Below, one piece after another: positions 24,181 through 35,810 of a DNA stretch of 64,000 nucleotides (positions are counted from its first letter, which is position 1; every line of letters starts with the position of its first letter). Location: assembly GCF_001194135.2 (NCBI RefSeq), contig NC_068982.1, positions 45,490,783 through 45,554,782 on the forward strand, read 5' to 3'. The notes beneath the pieces were generated by a model. The model saw only the letters and a program-made list of their open reading frames with translations, did not search any database and was not told where the DNA came from. The DNA comes from Octopus bimaculoides (taxonomy: Eukaryota). The translations under genes were made by a program, and so were the position numbers.

Positions 24181-25248
24181 AAACAAAATTAAGGGATCAG
24201 GAACAGGTTGCTTCACCACATACCGAAGTTCAGAAATAGCAGCTAAAATGCTGAAACTCCAACAGATAGCAATTACCTGCAACTCATATAGGCAAAACAA
24301 GAAGAAAAATAACGAACTAAACTAGCCCTAGTTAATCATATACATGTTTCTGACTTAGAAGGAAAAACTCTTCATTACCTCATCGGTATGATATTCCAGT
24401 TGCAAATTCGACGATACTGGCAAATGTGCATGTATGACCGAGCGCCATCATAGCAATCGACACAGTTTGAAAGTATCTCCAAATCTACATAGGCGAGCCA
24501 GCCCATCATCTCCCCTCAAGAATTACTATGTGCGCCCTTCGGTATGTAAGCACCATTATCGGTGAGGAACTTATTTAAAAGTTCTTATACATTTATAAAC
24601 AAAATGAAGGGATCAAGAACAAGTTGCTTCACCACATAAAAGGGTAAAGGATTATCAATTTATTAATAAATTAATAAATTGATAATCCTTTACCCCTTTA
24701 ATTGTAATAGTTATTCACTCCCGGATAGTAAACCACAGATTTTCTGCGGTACCGCCTGCGACGCACATGGTAATTCTTGAGGGGAGATGATGGGCTGGCT
24801 CGCCTATGTAGATTTGGAGATACTTTCAAACTGTGTCGATTGTTATGATGGCGCTCGGTCATACATGCACATTTGCCAGTATCGTCGAATTTGCAACTGG
24901 AATATCATACCGATGAGGTAATGAAGAGTTTTTCCTTCTAAACCAGAAACATGTATACGATTAACTATGGCTAGTTTAGTTCGTTATTTTTCTTCTTGTT
25001 TTGCCTATGTGAGTTGCAGGTAATTGCTATCTGTTGGAGTTTCAGCATTTTAGCTGCTATTTCTGAACTTCGGTATGTGGTGAAGCAACCTGTTCCTGAT
25101 CCCTTAATTTTGTTTATAAATGTATAAGACCTTTTAAATAAGTTCCTCACCGATAATGGTGCTTACATACCGAAGGGCTTGGTAAAAATTATTAATTATT
25201 AATTTATTAATAAATTAATAAATTGATAATCCTTTACCCTTTTAATTG

Positions 25249-25250
<2 letters not shown>
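24178..25250. mobile_element. About 1.07-kb multi-inverted insertion within (TATC)n, probably a Penelope-like pseudo-LTR structure
   Basis: 24178-24534 is the reverse complement of 24762-25118 (about 7 mismatches by eye). 24535-24638 is the reverse complement of 25074-25177. There is a perfect 25-bp hairpin at 24642-24695 whose right half plus ctttaattgta recurs at about 25215-25250. (TCTA)n flanks both sides. Confidence 0.7.
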
Positions 25251-25285
<35 letters not shown>

Positions 25286-25289
25286 GTCA

Positions 25290-25333
<44 letters not shown>

Positions 25334-25392
25334 GCTTGCCTGCCTGTCTGCCTGTCTGTGCGTCCGTCTGTCTGTCTGTACCTGTATATATA

Positions 25393-25621
25393 GGTTAAAG
25401 CAGTGAGGAAGGACAAACAATTAGGCAAGGCGCGACAAGAACATTTAATTTTTTAAAATTTAATCTAAATTTAGTTACATACCAAATGGTAAAAGGTAAT
25501 TTTTACCATTCGTTATGATTGAATTAAATGATTTTTACCATTCCTTTACATTGAATGAAATGAAATTAAATGTCCTTGTCATGCCTTGCCTAATTGCTCG
25601 TTTTTCTTCACTACTTTAACC
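25393..25621. mobile_element. MITE with TIRs of about 60 bp (TA|GGTTAAAG...CTTTAACC|TA; TTAA-flanked termini also possible)
   Basis: ggttaaagcagtgaggaaggacaaacaattaggcaaggcgcgacaagaacatttaattt pairs with aaattaaatgtccttgtcatgccttgcctaattgctcgtttttcttcactactttaacc. Confidence 0.8.
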
Positions 25622-25796
25622 TATTCCTACTGACTCAAAGGGAAGCCATCTTTAGCCGTTTTGAACAAGACAATCACACAACCGCAACTTCAACTGCTGT
25701 TCAAACTGGAACCTTGGTGGCACACCTATACGAGCACTCAGAACGCATACCTATTAATCTGAGTCATCCTGACGAAAACTTCTCATATCCCACCTC

Positions 25797-25849
<53 letters not shown>

Positions 25850-26814
25850 CATGCATAATACATACATACATACATACATACATGCATGCATACATGCATA
25901 CATACATACATACATACGAATGTTCTGGCCTGTGGGAAGGATCATAGAACTACCTATTTATGAGGCGAAGTTCTTAACTAAACACCCATAACAGCCACGT
26001 TTTTTTTTGTTTCATTTTACTCTAGAATATGAAAACTTCGCGAACGAGATGTTAACTGATGTTAACCAAGCGAATAATGCAAATTATTTGAGAATATCAG
26101 TTACTGTAAAGGATTAGTACTTACTCATACCCGAAGCGCACACTATGAAGCGATTGACCCTTTACATTCGCTTAATTGTAAAATATATACTCAATGGAGT
26201 TTTAACTTATTCAAGGAAGAATGCCTTTTATGAGAACTCGCAGGAAATGAATAGATTTATCATGGCTTTAGATGTAAATTTTCTGTCAGTGGAATGAAGC
26301 GTGATCTTGTGCTTCTGTTTTCAATAGATGAGTGGATTTGGTGTTTTAGCTTTGCAAAATGTTATTAATTACAAACGAAGATCAAACATAGAACAAGCAC
26401 TATTACCGAGATTTCTAATTTGATAATGTTAGCATTAGTGTAATACTGACTTTGTTAACATGTTTGAAACTGTTGTCAACATGTGCAATCAATTTGTATA
26501 TCAGAAAGAACAGGAGCATAAGTAGTCCATTACGTTTCAGCCGCTATCAAAGCTGTCATCGTTATTTAGATTTAGTATAATATCTAGGTTTCGTCTAACC
26601 GCACACTTACAGACGTAACTAGTATTAGTCTAGGAATTTCAAAATTAATATTTAGAGTTGGAAGCAACTCTAGGTGAGGACCAGTAAAAACAGTAATAAT
26701 GAAGTAATCAGTAAGAAAATAAAAGCAATAAAGAAAAGATTATTATATTTACTTTACAAATAACTTCAATGATAGATACACTACTACAACGATTACTACT
26801 TACTGGCAATAATC

Positions 26815-27350
26815 CTTTCTACTACAGGCACAAGACCTGGAACTTGAGGGGAGAGGGATGGTCCATCACATCGACCCCAGTACTTGACTGGTGTCTAATT
26901 TATCGACCCTGAAAGGATGAAAAGCAAAGTCGACTTTGGCGGAATTTGAACTCAGAACGTAAGGTGGGACGAAATGCTACTAAGCATTTTTCCCGGCGTG
27001 CTAATGATTTTGCCAGCTCGCACCCTTACAACTGGCTGATAATAATTCTACTAGAGACACAAGATCTGGAATTTGAACTCAGAAAATAAAGACGGGTGAA
27101 ATGCCGCTAAGTGCTTTTCCTAGTGTGTTAGTTTGCCACTTTAATAATAATGCTAACAATAATCCTTTCTACTATAGGCATAAGGCCTGAAATTTGGGGG
27201 AGGGGATAGTCTATTACATCGACCTCAGTACACAACTGGTACTTATTATATCGAACCCGAAATTATGAACGGTAAAGTCGACCTCAACGACATTTCAACT
27301 TAAAACGTAAAGACAGGCGAAAGGCCGCTATGCATCACGCCCAGTGTGTT
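26815..27350 (-). mobile_element. Second tandem cluster of 3 family D SINEs
   Basis: Cores lie near 26930, 27070 (partial) and 27277. Each copy begins on the plus strand with aataat(c/t)ctttctact..aggcacaag. Confidence 0.85.
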
Positions 27351-27366
27351 AGTTCAACGCCTTGAT

Positions 27367-27460
<94 letters not shown>

Positions 27461-27462
<2 letters not shown>

Positions 27463-27510
27463 GTGCAGGTAAAATGTGTCCCAGTAGTTATAGGTACATA
27501 GGGAACTATG
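27461..27510 (+). mobile_element. Tiny R4/Dong-type LINE C-terminal fragment directly after (AAC)n(AAT)n
   Basis: Translates KVQVKCVPVVIGT*GT, resembling the R4-type VPVVIGALG motif. Confidence 0.4.
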
Positions 27511-27539
27511 TGTGACCCTTCTGTCCGGCATTCGTCATG

Positions 27540-27725
27540 ATAGATCGCTGACCACTACACATATTTTTTTTCTCTCCTTGTTTCTTTCTGTTTTCCTTTC
27601 TGTTGAAGAGCGTAGGCTCGAAACGTTAAAGACTTTCTCTATTCCCGAGCGTTAAACTAATACATCCATTTGTTGTTTACACCACCTGTCTTCGTCTGTT
27701 GTTTTTTTTTCGTAAATTCTCCCAT
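27540..27725 (+). mobile_element. PLE-type short repeat carrying a hammerhead-like motif with an A6U core
   Basis: The motif cttt-CTGTTGA-a-GAGC-gtag-GCTC-GAA-ACGT-T-aaag lies at about 27596-27630. A second copy is on the minus strand at about 34003-34044. Confidence 0.6.
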
Positions 27726-28183
27726 ATATAATACACGCTCACGTGGTCGCACCAGCTAATCCTGTCTCTATTCATCAAACACGAACTTCTGGATTCTACC
27801 TTCTTTCATTCTGGATTTTTTTATTCTGAACTCTACACTCTCCGGTTGCACCTCTCCTACCCACGGATTANNNNNNNNNNNNNNNNNNNNNNNNNNNNNN
27901 NNNNNNNNNNNNNNNNNNNNNNNNNNNNNNNNNNNNNNNNNNNNNNNNNNNNNNNNNNNNNNNNNNNNNNNNNNNNNNNNNNNNNNNNNNNNNNNNNNNN
28001 NNNNNNNNNNNNNNNNNNNNNNNNNNNNNNNNNNNNNNNNNNNNNNNNNNNNNNNNNNNNNNNNNNNNNNNNNNNNNNNNNNNNNNNNNNNNNNNNNNNN
28101 NNNNNNNNNNNNNNNNNNNNNNNNNNNNNNNNNNNNNNNNNNNNNNNNNNNNNNNNNNNNNNNNNNNNNNNNNNNNNNNNNNA

Positions 28184-28425
28184 TATATGTGTGTGTGTGT
28201 GTGTGTGTTTGTGTGTGTGTGTTTGTCCCCCTATCATCGCTTGACAACCGATGCTGGTGTGTTTACGTCCCCGTAACTTAGCGGTTCGGCAAAAAGACAC
28301 CGATAGAATAAGTACTAGGCTTCCAAAAAATAAGTCCTGGGGTCGATTTGCTCGACTAAAGGCGGTGCTCCAGCATGGCCGCAGTCAAATGACTGAAACA
28401 AGTAAAAGAGTAAAAGAGTAAAGAG
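28184..28425 (+). mobile_element. 3-prime half of a family B SINE emerging from a gap
   Basis: Reads gtttgtcccc..catcgcttgacaaccgatgctgg...gactgaaacaagtaaaagagtaaaagagtaaagag. Confidence 0.9.
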
Positions 28426-28809
28426 TATACATACATATTCTCTCATAGCCAACGCATGCCATTCTAACATCATCGATTTACGTTACTTATAATCGAAACG
28501 GTTACAACCCAATGATATAACACAACCTATGCAGCATTAACTCGCCAAATCACTAAAAAATACCTTACACCAACTAGACATTACATATCAAGCACAACCA
28601 ACATTCAACGAAACAGCACAGCTCACAACGCATATATTATTCAACTCAACACAGACAAAATAGCAAAACGACGATAGGAATTACATAAAACTCACACAAA
28701 AAAAGGAAGAAAATACACGACAGTCACCATCGTATACCTTATCCCCACCACCGCACAGTTCTGAAACACCTGGTTAAACAGTAAAAGCTCACATGACAAT
28801 GTTGCAAAG

Positions 28810-28828
28810 AAGGAGGAGGAGGAGGAGC

Positions 28829-28893
<65 letters not shown>

Positions 28894-29105
28894 AAGAAGA
28901 AGAAGGAGAAGAAGAAGAAGAAGAAGAAGAAGNNNNNNNNNNNNNNNNNNNNNNNNNNNNNNNNNNNNNNNNNNNNNNNNNNNNNNNNNNNNNNNNNNNN
29001 NNNNNNNNNNNNNNNNNNNNNNNNNNNNNNNNNNNNNNNNNNNNNNNNNNNNNNNNNNNNNNNNNNNNNNNNNNNNNNNNNNNNNNNNNNNNNNNNNNNN
29101 NGAGC

Positions 29106-29167
<62 letters not shown>

Positions 29168-29330
29168 AAGAAGAAGAAGGAGAAGAAGAAGAAGAAGAAG
29201 AAGAAGTAGAAGGAGGAGAAGAAGAACAAGAACAAGAACAAGAACAAGAATAACAAGAACAAGAAGAACAAGAACAAGAAGAACAAGAACAAGAAGAAGA
29301 ACAAGAAGAATATGATGATGAAGTTGTTGA
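28810..29330. repeat. Compound (GGA)/(AGT)/(GAA)/(GAACAA) microsatellite spanning a gap
   Basis: Read directly from the sequence. Confidence 0.9.
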
Positions 29331-29860
29331 TGAGGATGAAAAATTATACGAGACTTATATTGCTTTTGCTATTGTCGCCGTTCGCTCTCAAATTATTCAC
29401 TTTCACATTTCTTTTTCATCTATTTCATTTTTTTTTGTCTTACGTATTTTTTGGGTTAACTCCCCCCCACCCCATCTATTCTTGCTGTAGGCTACTTCGT
29501 TCGTTTTTCTAATCAATCTTATTATTTTTTTCTAACCAATGAGATTGCTGATGTTACAAGGAAAACGTTTTGCAATGAAGCGAAACGTAATCAAACACTT
29601 AGGTGAAACGCAAACATAGTCTTTCGGAAGAAGAAACGAAACGTTCACCGATTCTTCAGAATATGCCTTCAGTTTTTGACATTTCCTTTTTTTGGGTGGG
29701 TGAGTGGGTGAGGGACACTCTCCCCACTCCAAATGAAAAAATGACAAAGACAGGAAATTTCCATTAAATAATCATAATAAAATCATTTTGTTTGTATGAC
29801 CTTCTCCAGTGTGTTTAGACACACTGGAGAAGGTCATTTTTACTCATCATAATGTAGTCA

Positions 29861-29917
<57 letters not shown>

Positions 29918-30165
29918 GTCTGTCTGTCTGTCTGTTTGTCTGTATATTGACTTGTCTATCTATCTATCTATCTATCTATCTATACATACATACATACACA
30001 TAAACATACATTTATACATACATTCGTACATAAGTACATGCTTACTTACATAATACATACATGCACACATACATATATTACATGTATATATCGGTGCCCC
30101 AGTATGGCCTCAGTATAATAACTGAAACAAGTAAAAGATAAAAGATGTATGTGTGTGTGTGTGTG

Positions 30166-30219
<54 letters not shown>

Positions 30220-31599
30220 GTGAGAAAACATTATTGGTAATCAAATTATATGCTCCAATATAACTATGTTAAAATGAGTTTTAAATGAGCAGTTAGCTCA
30301 CTTCCTCGGTATTTCGAAGAAAAAAACCCCCAAAACACCAACATATTTTTTTGCCGAAATACCGAAAAAATTAACTACNNNNNNNNNNNNNNNNNNNNNN
30401 NNNNNNNNNNNNNNNNNNNNNNNNNNNNNNNNNNNNNNNNNNNNNNNNNNNNNNNNNNNNNNNNNNNNNNNNNNNNNNNNNNNNNNNNNNNNNNNNNNNN
30501 NNNNNNNNNNNNNNNNNNNNNNNNNNNNNNNNNNNNNNNNNNNNNNNNNNNNNNNNNNNNNNNNNNNNNNNNNNNNNNNNNNNNNNNNNNNNNNNNNNNN
30601 NNNNNNNNNNNNNNNNNNNNNNNNNNNNNNNNNNNNNNNNNNNNNNNNNNNNNNNNNNNNNNNNNNNNNNNNNNNNNNNNNNNNNNNNNNNNNNNNNNNN
30701 NNNNNNNNNNNNNNNNNNNNNNNNNNNNNNNNNNNNNNNNNNNACACACACACACACACACACATATCCGGTGGGCTTCTTTCAGTTTCCGTCTACCAAA
30801 CTCACTCACAAGGCTTTGGTCGGCCAGAGGCTATAGTAGAAGACACTTGCCCAAGATGCCACGCAGTGGGACTGAACCCGGAACCATGTGGTTTGTAAGC
30901 AAGCTACTTACCACGCAGCCACTACTGCGTCAAATATGTCAAATATGTTTCCAGCATTCCTTACAATATGATGTGGCTCAGAATTTACACTTCATTTTAT
31001 TCTCCGATGTGGTGAACGAATTCATAACGCATAGGATGTAGGAACTTAATGTGGAAACAAATTATACATCCATAAAATCAATGTTAACGCATTGTGCATG
31101 AATTCAATCGCAGGGCTTTGGAGATACTAGGGCATCACCTTCCAGGTTTCTTCTTTAGTCGACTGTGGATAATATCAATCCCAGTACTTATTTCAGCCTA
31201 GTACTTATGTAATTCACTGCTTGGCCACGTTGCCATTTTCAGTCAACACAGGTTTATAAACACTAATATGCAACAACTGAAACTGCTAAAATAATACCAT
31301 AGTAATAAGGATATCTAACATAGAGACAGAATGATTTTAACTGTTTCTCTCTTAACTGTTTGTTTGATTTTCGAAGAACTGGGCCTAGAGGTTTAAAATG
31401 ACCCACTACTTAACTGGTACTTTATTTTAGGTAACCGGAAAGAACGAAGGGCAAAGAGGGCAAAGTAAAATGCCGAATAAACCACTGCAAAATGCTCTAA
31501 TGATCCTGCTAATCTACTAATGATACAAAGATGGAATCAAAAAATCTTCACAACAAATATCCCACGTTACAACAGAATCGAACGAAGTAAGATTATGTA

Positions 31600-31790
31600 A
31601 AAGATAATAATTGTTTAAAGCACCTGCGTTTAAGTCAGAAACTGAAGGCTTAATTTTAGCTGCACTGGAACATAAATAATAAAACAATAATGAAGCAAAG
31701 AGCTAATGTTAACTACATGAAACGCAATATGTGCATAGAAAGGAAACATTGACTATACAATATCTGGCGGCCTAATTCTTGCAAAAATAG
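31600..31790 (+). mobile_element. Decayed R4/Dong-type LINE fragment (pre-zinc-knuckle and zinc-knuckle region)
   Basis: FKSETEGLILAALE and IDYTISGGLILAK resemble LKxETEGxIxAAQDQ and TIDHIxSGCxxLAK. Confidence 0.65.
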
Positions 31791-32289
31791 ACATATTAGT
31801 TAGTCTACTGGCTGCTTCAGCGAGAATATCTAAAACAAGTGGTTATGCAGATACTAAAGCCAAGACAGTTATTTAGCTACGATGGTCGTGGTCATATTTG
31901 TTTAGACATACAAAGAGACTAAATTAATTACAAAGTGGAAAACTCATTGGTAAATGGTTAAACGACGTTAACAGTTCTTATGTTTTTCCGAATGGTTACA
32001 ATGAACTTTCCATTCTGTAACTGCTTGCCAGACAAGCATAACTACGAAATTAAAATAACTGTTTTGATATTGTAATCAATGGCAGACAAGGAATTTATGC
32101 AGCAGCGTAAATGTTTGAGTTCTCTCTAATAGACACACAAAGAAGTTAGCAAAGTCTCAAAATTGAAGAATCTTTAATGAGAAATAAGAAATTTGGGAGT
32201 AAGAGCGATGCTAGAAATAATTAGTGCAATGGTTATGACTTGTAACGATGAAAAAAAAAAAATTGTCCAGTTCACTCATGGATTCTGGC

Positions 32290-33043
32290 ACCAGTAGCCA
32301 TGTAGGAGGTAAAAGTATATAAAAGCGTATAAAGTATGCTACAAATAAATGAAGGAAATCTTGCAAATCCAAGCGAAAGAGCGAATTGTAAAACCGAATC
32401 TGATCCTTATCAGAAAAATAATATTCCAAAAGACCTTCTTTCACCATTCCTTTTCTGACAAATGCTGACACCTTTAGCTGCCATAGCACCAGATTAAATG
32501 TTACAAGCCATCATCTCATAAATAGACAATCAATCATTTTCTGTATATAGGTGATGCTATGTTGTGTACTGGCGATGTTAATTAACCGAACATTCCATTT
32601 CATACAATATACAAATTCAGTGATAAAATTTGGTAGGAAATTCGGCGCCGAAAATGCACCAGCAACACATAGTATAAAAAAACTAACAACAAAGAAAAAA
32701 AAAACAATAATGTAATGTTAGATAAAGAAATTGCGATAAAATAATTAGACCAAGGACATAGTTACAGGCACTTAGAAATCAATGAACAAGACTAAGTACA
32801 ACACAAACAAATGAAAGAAAAAGACCGAGAAACAGTATTAAAAATGCATTAGATTAATACTTAAAACAGAACTAAATGCTAAAAATAAAGCAAAAGGTAT
32901 TAATAATTTAGTTGTTACTGTAATAAATTACACTTATAGTATTCTCAACAGAAAGCTAAGTGAATTAGCAAGGCCAAATAGGAAAATAAAGAAAATAATG
33001 ACTGCATTTAGAATACATTATACAAAAGTTACTCAGAAACTAT
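32290..33043 (+). mobile_element. Decayed R4/Dong-type LINE reverse transcriptase region
   Basis: DLLSPFLF resembles GDSLSPLLF and INHFLYIGD resembles INHLLYMDD. LDQGHSYRHLEINE and LILKTELNAKNK...LSELARPNRKIKKIMT also match. There are many stops and frameshifts. Confidence 0.8.
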
Positions 33044-33911
33044 ANNNNNNNNNNNNNNNNNNNNNNNNNNNNNNNNNNNNNNNNNNNNNNNNNNNNNNNN
33101 NNNNNNNNNNNNNNNNNNNNNNNNNNNNNNNNNNNNNNNNNNNNNNNNNNNNNNNNNNNNNNNNNNNNNNNNNNNNNNNNNNNNNNNNNNNNNNNNNNNN
33201 NNNNNNNNNNNNNNNNNNNNNNNNNNNNNNNNNNNNNNNNNNNNNNNNNNNNNNNNNNNNNNNNNNNNNNNNNNNNNNNNNNNNNNNNNNNNNNNNNNNN
33301 NNNNNNNNNNNNNNNNNNNNNNNNNNNNNNNNNNNNNNNNNNNNNNNNNNNNNNNNNNNNNNNNNNNNNNNNNNNNNNNNNNNNNNNNNNNNNNNNNNNN
33401 NNNNNNNNNNNNNNNNNNNNNNNNNNNNNNNNNNNNNNNNNNNNNNNNNNNNNNNNNNNNNNNNNNNNNNNNNNNNNNNNNNNNNNNNNNNNNNNNNNNN
33501 NNNNNNNNNNNNNNNNNNNNNNNNNNNNNNNNNNNNNNNNNNNNNNNNNNNNNNNNNNNNNNNNNNNNNNNNNNNNNNNNNNNNNNNNNNNNNNNNNNNN
33601 NNNNNNNNNNNNNNNNNNNNNNNNNNNNNNNNNNNNNNNNNNNNNNNNNNNNNNNNNNNNNNNNNNNNNNNNNNNNNNNNNNNNNNNNNNNNNNNNNNNN
33701 NNNNNNNNNNNNNNNNNNNNNNNNNNNNNNNNNNNNNNNNNNNNNNNNNNNNNNNNNNNNNNNNNNNNNNNNNNNNNNNNNNNNNNNNNNNNNNNNNNNN
33801 NNNNNNNNNNNNNNNNNNNNNNNNNNNNNNNNNNNNNNNNNNNNNNNNNNNNNNNNNNNNNNNNNNNNNNNNNNNNNNNNNNNNNNNNNNNNNNNNNNNN
33901 NNNNNNNNNNN

Positions 33912-34085
33912 NGCATAGTGGAAATTTACAGAAAAACAAAAGACGAAGACAAGTGTATGAATAACAAGCAGGTGTATTAGTTTGATGGGAAAGTGAGAAA
34001 GTCTTTAACGTTTCGAGCTTACGTTCTTCAACAGAAAGGAATATGAGGAAATAAACAGAGAAAATAATAATAGGAAGCGTGGACA
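33912..34085 (-). mobile_element. Second copy of the PLE-type repeat with a CTGTTGA hammerhead-like motif
   Basis: The minus strand reads cctttctgttgaagaacgtaagctcgaaacgttaaagactttc and is homologous to 27540-27725. Confidence 0.6.
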
Positions 34086-34119
34086 GTTGTTTCATTAGAC
34101 GGTGGTGAAAGTATATGCA

Positions 34120-34199
<80 letters not shown>

Positions 34200-34279
34200 C
34201 ATCTGTATATCGTCAGTAGTTCATATGTGTGAAAAAGAAGCACACTCTAAAATATTAAAGTAGTCATATATTTTTTAGG

Positions 34280-34415
34280 AAGTTAATTGTTATGGTCGGT
34301 CAGAGACTCAAATGGCCGGAAGTACATAACTGTTTCAGTGTGACGAGTCACCTATACAACTAAGCACTTTATAGGTGCAAAACCGATGGTTACACTCTGA
34401 CCAGCCCATTCCGTA
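34280..34415. mobile_element. Internally deleted relative of the 6841-7061 MITE
   Basis: Shares ccggaag(c/t)acata and taagc.ctt.ataggtgc.aaacc.atggt with that element. Confidence 0.5.
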
Positions 34416-34511
34416 ACTGATATCTCTGGTTCCTAACACTCCGTTGAACCCTTAGCGCGAAACCGATCAGTAAGATCGGCCCTGACGGATATATAACACT
34501 ATACACTTTGA

Positions 34512-34547
<36 letters not shown>

Positions 34548-35409
34548 GTTCAAACAAGAAAACCNNNNNNNNNNNNNNNNNNNNNNNNNNNNNNNNNNNN
34601 NNNNNNNNNNNNNNNNNNNNNNNNNNNNNNNNNNNNNNNNNNNNNNNNNNNNNNNNNNNNNNNNNNNNNNNNNNNNNNNNNNNNNNNNNNNNNNNNNNNN
34701 NNNNNNNNNNNNNNNNNNNNNNNNNNNNNNNNNNNNNNNNNNNNNNNNNNNNNNNNNNNNNNNNNNNNNNNNNNNNNNNNNNNNNNNNNNNNNNNNNNNN
34801 NNNNNNNNNNNNNNNNNNNNNNNNNNNNNNNNNNNNNNNNNNNNNNNNNNNNNNNNNNNNNNNNNNNNNGCCAAATGAAATTTAAATGTTGAAGTGAATC
34901 TAACGGATTTTGTGTGTTATTTTAAATGGCTTATAAACACCTTCCACGCTGCAATTGTTTTCGTTCCAGCACACGATCTCAGATCAGGTCACTTGCTATG
35001 CAAGTGCATCTATATATATATATATATATATAAATCAAATATAGATATGAAAAAAAAATGCGGAGAAATTTTTATGTTGGGAAAAAATACTATTTTGAAA
35101 TAAAATATTTCGCTTAAACACTCATACCCCCCCCCCACACACACACATACACGCATGAAAACATCTGCCCACACTACGCTAAAAACATGATTTGGATGCG
35201 TAATATTTATCTGTGGTTGCTAATTATAACAAATATACATGACAGCAACTGGCCATCGGACGCTAAATTCACTCTTACTACTCCATGCTAAAAGCAGTGA
35301 TGTCACGGTCCTATCAAATACCACGCTTCGATGACGAAGCAACACTAATATTTTCGTGGAATGTTAAATCTGTTGTCGCTGATTTTCCAGTACAACAGCA
35401 TGACCCGAA

Positions 35410-35810
35410 CTTACCAATGGTTCCAGATGATAAAAATTTCCAGTTTTATCCGAATGAACAAGAACTCCAAGTTTACTTCTAAATTCTTTCAATAAAAGTT
35501 ACAAGTTTTTAAGATGAGTGCTTCTTTTCATAGGGAATCGATGGAATTATTTAACGCTTTTAACTATATTCCACAGTTCAGTTTCCAAATCTGCTAATAA
35601 TGGATTAAAAGGTGGTATCTTTCTGAATGTAAAAAATTGTTTAATATGACTAATATCAATATCAAAAATACCATCACCATTACTCTTCCTATCGAAGTAG
35701 TAGGCACGCCACTTCATACGGTAGATAAGTGAATTAGTCTTATTAATAAAAATTTTCATATATTCTTTTTTAGTTGGTGAAGGTATATCTTTTAAAGATG
35801 TGTCGATGAA
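35410..35810 (-). mobile_element. Penelope-like element ORF fragment (N-terminal, pre-RT region), decayed
   Basis: TSLKDIPSPTKKEYMKIFINKTNSLIYRMKWRAYYF, PPFNPLLADLETELWNIVKSVK and downstream HSDKTGNFYHL match the PLE motifs SLKNIPxP...RMRWKAxFF, PPxxxxLxxFExDL and ADKTxNxYxL. Confidence 0.75.

Noticed and set aside
26125-26170. Possible 46-nt minus-strand exon (ttttacaattaag|...NVKGQSLHSVRFGY...|gtaagt)
   Set aside because: The donor is strong but the acceptor is modest, there is no recognisable domain and no partner exons. It needs RNA-seq.
26540-26585. Minus-strand ACGATGAC-AGC..GCT-GAAACGT hammerhead-like motif
   Set aside because: C3 and U4 are altered and there is no stem I. At most it is a decayed PLE relic.
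28440-28800. PLE post-RT fragment (NGYNP, RIPYP)
   Set aside because: Only two very short motif resemblances, which is insufficient.
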